Assembly: GCA_963780225.1 (NCBI GenBank)
Contig: CAWAAX010000009.1
Coordinates: 128,001 to 192,000 of the forward strand
Length of the DNA stretch: 64,000 nucleotides
DNA from: an uncultured bacterium
GTDB lineage: Bacteria; Edwardsbacteria; AC1; EtOH8
Direction of reading: 5' to 3'
A program made the position numbers and the translations under genes. Every line of letters begins with the position of its first letter. The first letter of the stretch is position 1. Shown here one piece after another: positions 49,733 through 59,235 of this stretch. The notes under the pieces were generated by a model. The model searched no databases. It worked only from the letters and a program-made list of their open reading frames with translations, and was not told the origin of the DNA.

Positions 49733-51040
49733 ATGTCCATTTTACAAAACAAAGACTCCGAGATCTACCAATCCATCCAGGACGAAACCAAGCGCCAGGA
49801 GTATGGCCTGGAGCTGATCGCTTCCGAGAACTTCGTCTCCGAGGCGGTGCTGGAAGCCCAGGGCTCCGTGATGACCAACAAATATGCCGAGGGCTATCCC
49901 GGCAAGCGCTACTACGGCGGCTGCGAGTTTGTGGACGTGGCCGAGAACATCGCCCGGGACCGGGCCAAACAGCTGTTCGGCTGCGAATACGCCAACGTCC
50001 AGCCCCATTCAGGCTCCACCGCCAACCAGGCGGTCTATTTCACCTACTGCCAGCCGGGCGACACGGTGCTGGGAATGGACCTGGCCCACGGCGGACACCT
50101 GACCCACGGCTCGCCGGTGTCATTCTCCGGCAAGATGTACAAGATAGTTTCCTACGGTGTCAAACGCGAGACCGGGTACATCGACATGGACGACGTGGCC
50201 AAAAAGGCCCGGGAACACAAGCCCAAGATGATCATCGTGGGGGCCTCGGCCTACAGCCGGCACTACGAGTTCGCCAAGTTCCGGGAGATCGCCGACGAGG
50301 TGGGGGCTTTCCTGTTCGCCGACGTGGCCCATCCGGCCGGGCTGATCGCCGCCGGGCTGCACCCCTCGCCCATCCCCTACTGCCACGTGGTGACCACCAC
50401 CACCCACAAGACTCTGCGCGGTCCCCGGGGCGGGATGGTGCTGATCGGCAAGGATTCCGAGAACCCCTTCGGCCACAAGATCAAGATCAAGGCCGGCGAG
50501 CGCCTGAAAATGATGTCCGAGGTGATGGACAGCACGGTGATGCCCGGCATCCAGGGCGGCCCGCTGATGCACGTAATCGCCGCCAAGGCGGTGGCCTTCA
50601 AGGAGGCCTTGGACCCGTCGTTCAAGATATACGCCCAGCAGGTGATAGACAACTCCCGGGCCCTGGCCCAGAGCATGGTGGAGCGGGGCTATCAGATCGT
50701 CTCCGGCGGCACCGACAACCATCTGATGCTAATAGATCTAAGCAACAAGAACATCACCGGCAAGGAGGCCGAGAATGCCCTGCATGCCGCCGGGATCACA
50801 GTCAACAAGAACATGGTGCCGTTCGATACCCGCAGCCCCTTCGTTACCTCCGGTTTCCGGATGGGCACCGCCGCTTTGACCACCCGGGGCATGAAGCAGC
50901 CTGCGATGAAAACCGTGGCCGGGATGATAGACAAGGTGCTGGCCAACATCAGCGATGACAAAATAATACAAGAAGTAACCGGCGAGATCAAAGAATTATG
51001 CCGGGAGTTTCCCCTATACCCCAACCGTTTGAAAGGGTAG
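49733..51040 (+). CDS. glyA: Serine hydroxymethyltransferase
   Basis: [45 protein letters not shown]. Confidence 0.98.
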   Translation: MSILQNKDSEIYQSIQDETKRQEYGLELIASENFVSEAVLEAQGSVMTNKYAEGYPGKRYYGGCEFVDVAENIARDRAKQLFGCEYANVQPHSGSTANQAVYFTYCQPGDTVLGMDLAHGGHLTHGSPVSFSGKMYKIVSYGVKRETGYIDMDDVAKKAREHKPKMIIVGASAYSRHYEFAKFREIADEVGAFLFADVAHPAGLIAAGLHPSPIPYCHVVTTTTHKTLRGPRGGMVLIGKDSENPFGHKIKIKAGERLKMMSEVMDSTVMPGIQGGPLMHVIAAKAVAFKEALDPSFKIYAQQVIDNSRALAQSMVERGYQIVSGGTDNHLMLIDLSNKNITGKEAENALHAAGITVNKNMVPFDTRSPFVTSGFRMGTAALTTRGMKQPAMKTVAGMIDKVLANISDDKIIQEVTGEIKELCREFPLYPNRLKG

Positions 51041-51046
51041 ACCGAT

Positions 51047-51460
51047 ATGGCTGAAAAAATAAACCTGGGCCGGGTCCAGTTCGGCGAGGTCGTCACCAAT
51101 GCCCTGAAGGAGCGTTGGTCCGGAGTGCTGACCATCGAAAATTCGGAATACACCGAATATGTGGAATTCAAGAACGGGTCGATCGGGGGATTCTCCTCGG
51201 CCGAGCGGAAAAAGCTGCTGGGCGAGATTCTGACCGCCGGCGGCCACATCAGCACCGAGGACCTGGATAAGGCCATCGCCACTCAAAAAGCCAAAGGCGG
51301 CCGGATCGGCGACATCTTGGTGGATATGAACCTGATTACCAGGCAGCGGATAGAAGAAGTGCTGGCCATTCATCAGATGAGTGTCCTGGCCCAAAGCCTT
51401 TCGGCCAAGGATGCCGAACTTTCGTTTGAGCCGGGGCTGACCCTGGCTGACAAAGGATAG
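51047..51460 (+). CDS. Stand-alone DUF4388-like protein containing an MshEN-like tandem motif
   Basis: SGVLTI...VEFKNGSI, then LLGEIL...Q-KAKGG-RIGDILV...L..HQ. Confidence 0.7.
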   Translation: MAEKINLGRVQFGEVVTNALKERWSGVLTIENSEYTEYVEFKNGSIGGFSSAERKKLLGEILTAGGHISTEDLDKAIATQKAKGGRIGDILVDMNLITRQRIEEVLAIHQMSVLAQSLSAKDAELSFEPGLTLADKG

Positions 51461-51946
51461 ATGAAGATCTCTAAGAAGAACCCGGCGGTTGGGACAAAGC
51501 TCCTGCGTCCCAGCTGGGACCAGTATTTCATGGATATCGCGGCGCTGGTGTCCAGCCGGACCACCTGTCTCCGCCGCCAGGTGGGGGCGGTGATCGTCAA
51601 GGATAAACGGGTTTTGGCTACCGGTTACAACGGGGCGCCGGTGGGGCTTAAACACTGCGCCGAGATCGGTTGTTTGCGGGAGAAGCTGGGGGTCAAGTCG
51701 GGGGAGAAGCATGAGCTGTGCCGGGCCATCCATGCCGAGCAGAACGCCATCATCCAAGCGGCCACCTTTGGCGTGCCACTACAGGGGGCCTCGATCTACA
51801 TCACCCATTTTCCCTGCGTGCTTTGCTCCAAGATGATCATCAATGCCGGGATCGAACGGATAATATATTCCCAGGGATACCCCGATCAAATGTCGCAGGA
51901 TATATTGAAGGAAGCCAAACTGAAGACAGAGCTTTTAAATTCCTGA
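51461..51946 (+). CDS. dCMP deaminase / ComEB family
   Basis: [25 protein letters not shown]. Confidence 0.93.
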   Translation: MKISKKNPAVGTKLLRPSWDQYFMDIAALVSSRTTCLRRQVGAVIVKDKRVLATGYNGAPVGLKHCAEIGCLREKLGVKSGEKHELCRAIHAEQNAIIQAATFGVPLQGASIYITHFPCVLCSKMIINAGIERIIYSQGYPDQMSQDILKEAKLKTELLNS

Positions 51947-51970
51947 CCAGAATAAAACGAAAACGGAATA

Positions 51971-52037
51971 GACAGGATTAACATGATTTCACGTGGTTAA
52001 TTTCCAAATAAAGTAAAAAATCCTGTAAATCCTGTCT
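51971..52037. repeat. GACAGGATTAACATGATT-family element, intact copy
   Basis: gacaggattaacatgatt ... aatcctgtaaatcctgtc. Confidence 0.8.
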
Positions 52038-52054
52038 AAAATATTTGTTGATAG

Positions 52055-52579
52055 ATGAAACAGACCGCAGAAAATAAAAGGACCAAGAGCTATATCGGGC
52101 TGGGTTCCAACCTGGGAAACCGGTTGGGAAACATCCGCTTTGCCCTGGCTGCCATGGGACAGATGCCGGGCTCCAAGGTGCTGAGGATGTCCGGTGTCTA
52201 TGAGACTGAGCCTTATGGGAATCCCGACCAGCCCAAGTTCCTGAACGCGGCGGTGGAACTGGAGACCTCTCTTGAACCGGTGGTGCTGTTGAGATCCCTG
52301 CAGCGGATCGAGCACCATATGGGACGGGTGCGCCAGGTGAAATGGGAACCGCGGGTGATAGACCTTGATATTCTTTATTTCGGCAGCCAGGTGATAGATT
52401 CCCCGGAACTTAAGGTGCCGCATCCGGAGCTTTCCCTGCGCGGGTTTGTGCTGGTGCCGCTCTGCGACCTGATTCCCGAATTTGAAGATCCCGCCAGCCG
52501 GCAAAAGGTGAAGGCCTTACTTAAAAAAATTCCCCGGACCCTTAAGGACATCATAAAATTAGAGACGGCAAATTTTTAA
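52055..52579 (+). CDS. folK: 2-amino-4-hydroxy-6-hydroxymethyldihydropteridine diphosphokinase
   Basis: YIGLGSNLG, YETEP, FLNAA, PRVIDLDIL, VPHP. Confidence 0.95.
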   Translation: MKQTAENKRTKSYIGLGSNLGNRLGNIRFALAAMGQMPGSKVLRMSGVYETEPYGNPDQPKFLNAAVELETSLEPVVLLRSLQRIEHHMGRVRQVKWEPRVIDLDILYFGSQVIDSPELKVPHPELSLRGFVLVPLCDLIPEFEDPASRQKVKALLKKIPRTLKDIIKLETANF

Positions 52580-52610
52580 TCTATTATATTATTAAGCCAC
52601 TATTTATATC

Positions 52611-53318
52611 ATGATGGATTCAAGAATCCCCAGGTACGTAGCCATTGAAGGCGTGATCGGCGTGGGCAAGACCACGCTGGCCAAGATGCTGGCCGAGCGG
52701 TTTCACGCCAAACTGGTGAGCGAGGAAGTGGAGGCCAATCCCTTCCTTTCCAAGTTCTATTCCGACCGCCGGGCCTACGCCTTTCAGACTCAAATATTCT
52801 TCCTGCTATCCCGCTACAAGCAGCAACAGGGGATGCTGCAGCAGGACCTGTTCGGCCAGCAGATAGTATCGGATTACCTGTTCGCCAAGGACAAGATCTT
52901 TGCCTATTTGAATCTGGACCAGAACGAGATATCCCTGTATGAAAACCTATGGAAACTATTGGAGCCGGGAATAGTCAAGCCCGATCTGGTGGTCTACCTA
53001 CAGGCCGAGATAGATCTATTGGCTAGGCGGATCAAAGAACGGGGCCGGCCTTTTGAACACAACCTTTCCCGGGACTATCTGGCAGAGCTGTCCGAGGCCT
53101 ATAACCATTTCTTTTTCAATTACACCGAGACCCCGCTGCTGGTGGTCAACGTAAACCAGATAGACTTGGTCAATCACCCCGAGGATTTCGAGGACCTGGT
53201 GCAGAAGATCTGCCAGCCCCACCCCGGCACCCGCTATTACGTTCCGGCTGGCACTAAAAAAGATAAAAAGAAACCCAAGCCGGTTGAAGATAAGGAGCAG
53301 AGCCTGCTGCCGGAGTGA
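52611..53318 (+). CDS. Deoxynucleoside kinase
   Basis: IEGVIGVGKTT, NPFLSKFY, FLLSRY, PDLVVYL, RGRPFE. Confidence 0.93.
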   Translation: MMDSRIPRYVAIEGVIGVGKTTLAKMLAERFHAKLVSEEVEANPFLSKFYSDRRAYAFQTQIFFLLSRYKQQQGMLQQDLFGQQIVSDYLFAKDKIFAYLNLDQNEISLYENLWKLLEPGIVKPDLVVYLQAEIDLLARRIKERGRPFEHNLSRDYLAELSEAYNHFFFNYTETPLLVVNVNQIDLVNHPEDFEDLVQKICQPHPGTRYYVPAGTKKDKKKPKPVEDKEQSLLPE

Positions 53319-53593
53319 GCAAGAGAACCGTTCAGTATTTTGATCGAATGGAATACCGGGCAGGATTGAACTTTGAAAACTCTAAAACTTGTCCTGGGTT
53401 CGGCAAGAGTGCCCGACAAACGAAAGGATTCTAATAACGAAAAACTAAACAAATACGAATTAATTGATCGCAAGTATCTAAATTGTCCCGGGATTGGTGA
53501 ATTTTGGCAATAGACATTTGTCTATGACTTAGAGTTTGGTGCTTAGATTTTAAAAGAAACAAAATATATCCATCACAAAAAAGAGGTGACGCT

Positions 53594-54478
53594 ATGATTG
53601 ACTGGAAGGGATCCTTTGTGGCTTTGGTAACGCCGTTCCGCAACGGGGCTTTGGATGAGCAGGCTTTGGAACGGCTTTTGGATTATCAGGCCGCAGCCGG
53701 CACTCAGGGAGTGGTTCCCTGCGCCACCACGGGTGAGGGTCCGACCGTCCTGCCCGACGAGTATCTGAGGATCATGAGTATGACCCTAAAAAAAGGCAAA
53801 GGTAAATTCAAAGTATTGGCCTATACCGGCAGCAATGATACCTTAAGGACCATCACCAGCACCCAGGAGGCCGAGAAACTTGGGGTGGACGGGGCTTTGG
53901 TGGTCACTCCCTACTACAATAAACCAACCCAGGAAGGCCTCTACCAGCATTTCAAATCGGTCGCTTCGGCGACCAAACTTCCCCTGATGCTCTATAATGT
54001 GCCTTCCCGCACCGGGGTCAACCTAGAACCCACCACCATCGCCCGGCTGGCCGAGATCAAGAACATCGTGGCGGTCAAGGAAGCATCTGGCGACCTGGAC
54101 AACGCCAGCCAGATCATGGCCCTGTGCGGCGACCGGATCGCGGTCTTCTCCGGCGACGACCTGCTGACCCTGCCCATGCTGGCGGTGGGGGCCAAGGGCG
54201 TGGTATCGGTGCTGGCCAACGTTGCTCCCAAGGACGTTTCCAAAATGGTCAGTTATTTTTTGAACGGCAAGATCGAGGAAGCCCGCCAGATCCACCTGAA
54301 ACAGTTTCCCCTAACCAAATCCCTCTTTGCCGAGACCAGCCCCGGCCCCATCAAGGCCGCCCTGAACCTGCTGGGCCTGTGCCACGCCGAGATGCGGATG
54401 CCTCTGGTGGATGTGTCCGATGAAACCCGGAAATGGGTGAAGACGGAATTGAAGAAATACGGGTTGTTGAAACAATAG
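53594..54478 (+). CDS. dapA: 4-hydroxy-tetrahydrodipicolinate synthase
   Basis: ALVTPF, TTGE, TPYYNKP, LYNVPSRTG, VKEASG, SGDD. Confidence 0.95.
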   Translation: MIDWKGSFVALVTPFRNGALDEQALERLLDYQAAAGTQGVVPCATTGEGPTVLPDEYLRIMSMTLKKGKGKFKVLAYTGSNDTLRTITSTQEAEKLGVDGALVVTPYYNKPTQEGLYQHFKSVASATKLPLMLYNVPSRTGVNLEPTTIARLAEIKNIVAVKEASGDLDNASQIMALCGDRIAVFSGDDLLTLPMLAVGAKGVVSVLANVAPKDVSKMVSYFLNGKIEEARQIHLKQFPLTKSLFAETSPGPIKAALNLLGLCHAEMRMPLVDVSDETRKWVKTELKKYGLLKQ

Positions 54479-54501
54479 TTAGGCACCGATAAACCGTAAC
54501 A

Positions 54502-54585
54502 ATAAGGAAACCATGAAGGACAGGAAACGTATTTCTTGCATTCCCCGCCTTCGTACTACTACGGCGGACAGGCTGGTTTCCTTAT
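54502..54585. repeat. AGGAAACCATGAA element whose right arm is interrupted by a CCGCCTTCG..CTACGGCGGACAGG hairpin
   Basis: ataaggaaacca (54502-54513) pairs with tggtttccttat (54574-54585); insert ~54545-54572. Confidence 0.7.
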
Positions 54586-54655
54586 AAAAGGAGTCCCGTT
54601 ATTTGTAAATGATCCGCCTTGTCAGCAACCAAGCTCCTAACTTTTTTGATCTGCC

Positions 54656-55192
54656 ATGTCCCGATTGCTGTTGCATATCTGCTGTGCCCCCTGCCTGTGC
54701 CATCCTTACCGGGTGCTGTCGTCCGAAAATGTCGATTTCACGGGCTTCTGGTACAATCCCAACATCCATCCCTACCAGGAATACCAGGCCCGGCTTCAAT
54801 CGGTCAAGGATTTTGCCCGGGAACATAAGATGCCGGCGGTATTCCGGGACGACTATCCCCTGGAGCAGACGCTGGAACTTTTGTCCCGGGAGCGCTGCCA
54901 GGGCTGCTACCGGCTCCGGCTGGAGGAGACCGCCCGCCAGGCCAAGGCCCAGGGATTTCAGGCTTTTTCCAGCACCCTGCTTTACAGCATCTACCAGAAG
55001 CACGATCTGATCCGGGAACTGGGAACGGAGATCGGAAAAAGGCAGGGGGTGGAATTCTACTACCGCGATCTCCGGACCGGCTGGGAGGAAGGGCGCAGAA
55101 TATCAATGGAGGAAAACCTGTACCGCCAGAAATACTGCGGCTGCATCTTCAGCGAAAGGGACCGGTACTTAAAAACCAAAAATCAAAAGTAA
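54656..55192 (+). CDS. queH: Epoxyqueuosine reductase (DUF208)
   Basis: LLHICCAPC, YNPNIHP, RC..CY..RL, YRQKYCGC. Confidence 0.92.
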   Translation: MSRLLLHICCAPCLCHPYRVLSSENVDFTGFWYNPNIHPYQEYQARLQSVKDFAREHKMPAVFRDDYPLEQTLELLSRERCQGCYRLRLEETARQAKAQGFQAFSSTLLYSIYQKHDLIRELGTEIGKRQGVEFYYRDLRTGWEEGRRISMEENLYRQKYCGCIFSERDRYLKTKNQK

Positions 55193-55205
55193 AAGATCAA
55201 AAACA

Positions 55206-55631
55206 ATGAGTGGGAACAAGGAACAGCTGACCAGGGTAGGGGTATCCATAGAGCTTTCCCTGATGGAGAAGTTCGACCGGATGATCGAAAAGAAGGGATA
55301 TACCAACCGTTCCGAAGCTTTTCGGGACATCGTCCGGAACGTCCTGGCCGAGGGGGAATCCGAAAAGGGGAAGGAGATGGTGGGGGCCATTCTGATAGTC
55401 TACGACCATCATCATCCGCGCTTGGTGGAAAAGCTGCTGGTTCTGCAGCACGACTCCGACGCCAAGATCATCGCCTCGCAGCACGTCCACCTGGACCATC
55501 ACCATTGCATGGAGACCATCATCGTCAAAGGCCCCACCGAGAAGCTGGAGGCCCTGCAGGGAAAGATCGGGGCCTTAAAAGGGGTGGGGCAATGCCTGCT
55601 TTCCAAGACCAGCTGCCGGGTATTACATTGA
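55206..55631 (+). CDS. nikR: Nickel-responsive transcriptional regulator
   Basis: RVGVS ribbon, GYTNRSEAFRD, YDHH, QH, HVHLDHHHCME. Confidence 0.95.
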   Translation: MSGNKEQLTRVGVSIELSLMEKFDRMIEKKGYTNRSEAFRDIVRNVLAEGESEKGKEMVGAILIVYDHHHPRLVEKLLVLQHDSDAKIIASQHVHLDHHHCMETIIVKGPTEKLEALQGKIGALKGVGQCLLSKTSCRVLH

Positions 55632-55646
55632 CTCCTAAAATACTTC

Positions 55647-55696
55647 TTGACATATTTTGATAATCGTGCTACAATTTTTATATTCGTAGCACGATT
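55647..55696 (+). promoter_or_regulatory. Sigma70 promoter overlapped by a probable NikR operator
   Basis: TTGACA 55647-55652, 17 nt, TGc-TACAAT 55670-55675; perfect inverted repeat AATCGTGCTAC-N13-GTAGCACGATT 55662-55696. Confidence 0.8.
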
Positions 55697-55741
55697 TTTT
55701 TTGCCTCTAAAAGCATGGCATATAAATAAAAGGAAATCTCA

Positions 55742-56443
55742 ATGAAAAGAACGGTAATTTACTTGATGCTGTCCATCTCTCTGGCCGCCGTTCCGCTCTT
55801 TGCCGCCCGTCCCTTGGACACCGATGACGCCGGAACGGTGGAGAAAGGAAAGTTTGAAGCCGAACTGTCATTTGACTATTGCCAGTACCGGCCGGACGGG
55901 ACCTGCCAGTCTCCGGGGCTTGCCATCAAACATGGCCTGACCGATCACATGGACTTCGGGCTGGGTTTTTCGTACAGCACCGACAAAGATGCCGATGGCA
56001 ATGCCATCGGCTGGGGAATATCACCGTTGGAGATCGGTTTTAAAATGGCATTGCTTAAAGAACATCAGACCCTCCCGGATATTTCTCTCAGCGCCGGATA
56101 TGAAGAAGGGGAGACCGAATACGGGCTGAATCTTATCCTCAGCCGGGAATACGGTAATTTGGGCCTGCACTATAATCTGGGTTACAATTCACCGGGGGAA
56201 GCCATGGTCAAGGGCAGCATCGGCACATCAATTGCCGCCGAATATACTTTTGCCGGGAAATACCGGGTCTGCGCAGAGCTCAACGGCGAGGTGCTTGACG
56301 ACAGGGCTGAAGTCATCGGGAACAGCGGGTTGGTGGGCGGCTCGATAACACTCGGTCCGGTTGACTGGGACCTGGGCATCAGAATTCATGACCAGCGCGG
56401 CCCCAAGACCACCGTCACCACCGGGATCAAAGCCGGATTCTAA
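55742..56443 (+). CDS. Probable outer-membrane beta-barrel transporter (MetA-pathway/SphA-like)
   Basis: Signal peptide, RPLDTDDAGTV...G.FE motif, alternating beta strands, terminal Phe. Confidence 0.7.
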   Translation: MKRTVIYLMLSISLAAVPLFAARPLDTDDAGTVEKGKFEAELSFDYCQYRPDGTCQSPGLAIKHGLTDHMDFGLGFSYSTDKDADGNAIGWGISPLEIGFKMALLKEHQTLPDISLSAGYEEGETEYGLNLILSREYGNLGLHYNLGYNSPGEAMVKGSIGTSIAAEYTFAGKYRVCAELNGEVLDDRAEVIGNSGLVGGSITLGPVDWDLGIRIHDQRGPKTTVTTGIKAGF

Positions 56444-56458
56444 AAACAAGGAGGGAAA

Positions 56459-57337
56459 ATGAAAGCCTGGATATTGTCGCTGTCGTCGGCTGTTATTTTG
56501 CTGGCCGGTTGCGGGCAGAAAGCAGTAAAGTCAGACAAACTGATCATAGCTACATCGTTCTACCCCATGTACCTGGCCGCGGCCAATATTGCGGCCGGTG
56601 TTCCCGGAGTTCGGGTGGTCAACCTCACCCGTCCCACCACCGGTTGCCTGCACGATTACCAACTGAGCACCGAGGAACTAAAAAACCTATCCCAGGCTTC
56701 GATCTTTGTGGTCAATGGCGCCGGGATGGAAAGTTTCATTCAGAAGGCGGTCGATCAGCTGTCGGACCTCAAAATCATCGAGGCCAGCGCCGGAATTAGG
56801 TTGATCAAGGGTGATGGAGAGATAGGCGATAATCCGCATGTCTGGGTCTCGGTCAGCGGGGCCATGCAACAGGTCAACAATATAGCCTCTGGGCTGATGA
56901 AATACGACCCGGTCCACGCCCTGCAGTACCGGGCCAATGCCGACAGATACCTGACCCGGCTGGACTCGTTGCGGGCTCAAATGCACCGGGAGCTTAAACC
57001 GTCCGCCGGGCGGGAGATCATTACTTTCCACGAGGCTTTCCCATATTTTGCCGAGGAGTTCGATCTCAAAATAGCGGCGGTAATCGAGCGGGAACCGGGA
57101 TCCGAACCCAGCGCCGCGGAACTGGCCCAGACCATAAGACTGGTCCGGCAGAAAAAGATCAAAGCTTTGTTCGCCGAGCCCCAGTACCCGGCCAAGGCGG
57201 CCCAGGCCATCGCCCGGGAGACAGGTTCTACGGTCTATACCCTGGATCCCGTTTCCACCGGTCCGCTGGAGGATCTAAACTATTACATTACAGCAATGGA
57301 GAAGAACCTGAAAGTATTGCGGGAAGCATTCAGGTAA
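56459..57337 (+). CDS. ZnuA/TroA-like metal-binding lipoprotein
   Basis: Lipobox LAGC; CLHDYQ, NPHVW, FHEAFPYF, LDP. Confidence 0.92.
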   Translation: MKAWILSLSSAVILLAGCGQKAVKSDKLIIATSFYPMYLAAANIAAGVPGVRVVNLTRPTTGCLHDYQLSTEELKNLSQASIFVVNGAGMESFIQKAVDQLSDLKIIEASAGIRLIKGDGEIGDNPHVWVSVSGAMQQVNNIASGLMKYDPVHALQYRANADRYLTRLDSLRAQMHRELKPSAGREIITFHEAFPYFAEEFDLKIAAVIEREPGSEPSAAELAQTIRLVRQKKIKALFAEPQYPAKAAQAIARETGSTVYTLDPVSTGPLEDLNYYITAMEKNLKVLREAFR

Positions 57338-57377
57338 TTAAATAATTGGCAATTTAGAAATTCGGAGGTTTTTGACA

Positions 57378-58418
57378 ATGCACATGGCAGATGCCTTGCT
57401 TTCCCCGGTAGCGGGCGGGACAATGTGGGCCGCCACCGCAGGAGTGGCCGCCTATTCCATAAAAAAGGTCCAAAGCGAAATTGACCAGAAAAAAATTCCC
57501 CTAATGGGCGTAATGGGGGCTTTCATCTTTGCCGCCCAGATGATCAACTTCTCCATACCCGGGACCGGTTCCAGCGGACATCTGGGCGGGGGGCTTATTT
57601 TAGCCATCCTGCTTGGCCCCTATGCCGGGTTCCTGACCATGGCATCCATTCTTACCATCCAGGCCCTGTTCTTTGCCGATGGAGGCCTGCTGGCCCTGGG
57701 GGCAAACATCTTTAACCTGGGATTCTTCACCTGTTTTCTGGCCTACCCGCTTATTTATAAGAAGATCGTCGGAAAAGAATATTCCGCCAAACGGATCATG
57801 ATCGCTTCAATGGTTACTGCGGTAGTCGGGCTTCAACTGGGGGCTTTCGGGGTGGTACTGGAAACAGTATTCTCCGGCAAAACCGAGCTGCCATTTAAAA
57901 CATTCGTCCTGTTGATGCAACCCATCCACTTGGCTATCGGGATAGTGGAGGGGTTGGTGACGGCGGCCGTGGTCTCCTTTGTCTGGAAAGCCAGGCCGGA
58001 GATACTGGGAAAAGTTTCTCTAAACCAGCCTTTCGGCAATCTGTCAATAAAAAAAGTTATGATAGGATTAGCCGCCATGGCGGTTTTCACCGGCGCGGTG
58101 CTTTCCTGGTTTGCTTCGTCCCAACCCGATGGATTGGAGTGGTCCATGTTCAGAACCTCTGGCAAGGAAGTGTTGGAGTCCTCCAATCCCACTCACGAAA
58201 AACTGGCCGCATGGCAGGAGAAGACTGCGTTCCTGCCGGATTACGGGTTTAAGGCATCTGGGAACGAAGTGCAAACTGAGGAGCAAAGCGAAAAGTGGCC
58301 TGCGGTCAACGGAGGCACCACCGTTTCCGGCCTGGTGGGCGGTTTGATGACGCTGTTGCTGGCGGCTTTCATGGGCTTCATCATAAACGTGAAAAACAAA
58401 AACGGCAAAAAGACATAA
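57378..58418 (+). CDS. cbiM: ECF Ni/Co transporter substrate component, CbiM/NikM fused to a PDGLE (NikN) domain
   Basis: MHMADALLS N-terminus after GGAGG, GTGSSGHLGGG, QALFFADGG, ASSQPDGLE. Confidence 0.9.
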   Translation: MHMADALLSPVAGGTMWAATAGVAAYSIKKVQSEIDQKKIPLMGVMGAFIFAAQMINFSIPGTGSSGHLGGGLILAILLGPYAGFLTMASILTIQALFFADGGLLALGANIFNLGFFTCFLAYPLIYKKIVGKEYSAKRIMIASMVTAVVGLQLGAFGVVLETVFSGKTELPFKTFVLLMQPIHLAIGIVEGLVTAAVVSFVWKARPEILGKVSLNQPFGNLSIKKVMIGLAAMAVFTGAVLSWFASSQPDGLEWSMFRTSGKEVLESSNPTHEKLAAWQEKTAFLPDYGFKASGNEVQTEEQSEKWPAVNGGTTVSGLVGGLMTLLLAAFMGFIINVKNKNGKKT

Positions 58419-58425
58419 AAGCTAA

Positions 58426-59235
58426 ATGTCCAATATAGTAAACGCCATATACAACATCAGACGGTTTGACCAACTGGCCCGGCAGGATTCCTTCATTCAC
58501 CGCCTGCACCCCCTGGCGAAATTGCTGGCCACGCTGTGTTATACGGTGGCGCTGGTCTCCTTTGACAAATACGCCACCATCACCCTGCTGCCTTTTCTGT
58601 TTTTTCCGGTGTTCTTGGCGGCGGCGGGACGGATACCGGCCGGTCCGATCCTTAAGCGCCTGCTGTACCTCGAGCCGATGATCATCTGCGTCGGCCTTTT
58701 GAATCCCTTGTTTGACCGGGGATCAACAACCGTTTTGGGATACAGCATGTCCTCAGGCTGGCTGATATTGATTTCCATAGCCTTAAAGGGCAGTCTGGCC
58801 GTAACCGCAGCCTTGCTTTTGATCGCCACCACAGGGATGGACGGAATATCTCAGTCATTGAGAAGTCTGAAAATCCCAAAAATATTTGTTTTGCAGTTGA
58901 TGCTGACCTACCGGTATATCTCGGTCTTGTTGGAAGAAGCTGCCCGGACCATGCAGGCCTATGCCCTGAGGGCCTTTGATCCCAAAGGCCTCAAGCGGGA
59001 GGTATGGGGCCCCCTGCTGGGGCAGATACTTTTAAGGACCTTTGACCGGGGCCAGAGGATATATGATGCCATGTGCCTGAGGGGTTTTAACGGGGAATAT
59101 AATACCGGAAAGATTCCCGGCCCCGGCTTCAGCGATTATCTGTTCGTGGCCGGCTGGGGGACATTCATTGCCGCTTCCCGGGCGGCAAACCTTCCGCTAT
59201 GGCTGGGAAATTTGCTGACGGGAGCCGTAAAATGA
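58426..59235 (+). CDS. cbiQ: ECF Ni/Co transporter T component
   Basis: IHRLHPLAKL, LTYRYI, RIYDAMCLRGF. Confidence 0.9.
   Translation: MSNIVNAIYNIRRFDQLARQDSFIHRLHPLAKLLATLCYTVALVSFDKYATITLLPFLFFPVFLAAAGRIPAGPILKRLLYLEPMIICVGLLNPLFDRGSTTVLGYSMSSGWLILISIALKGSLAVTAALLLIATTGMDGISQSLRSLKIPKIFVLQLMLTYRYISVLLEEAARTMQAYALRAFDPKGLKREVWGPLLGQILLRTFDRGQRIYDAMCLRGFNGEYNTGKIPGPGFSDYLFVAGWGTFIAASRAANLPLWLGNLLTGAVK

Noticed and set aside
53319..53593. Lysine riboswitch upstream of dapA
   Set aside because: No convincing L-box conserved blocks or terminator; the AGAGGTG near the start is just the SD
54599..55010. ORFs 54609-55010 (+) and 54599-55003 (-)
   Set aside because: They overlap queH, which has the full DUF208 Cys motifs in another frame
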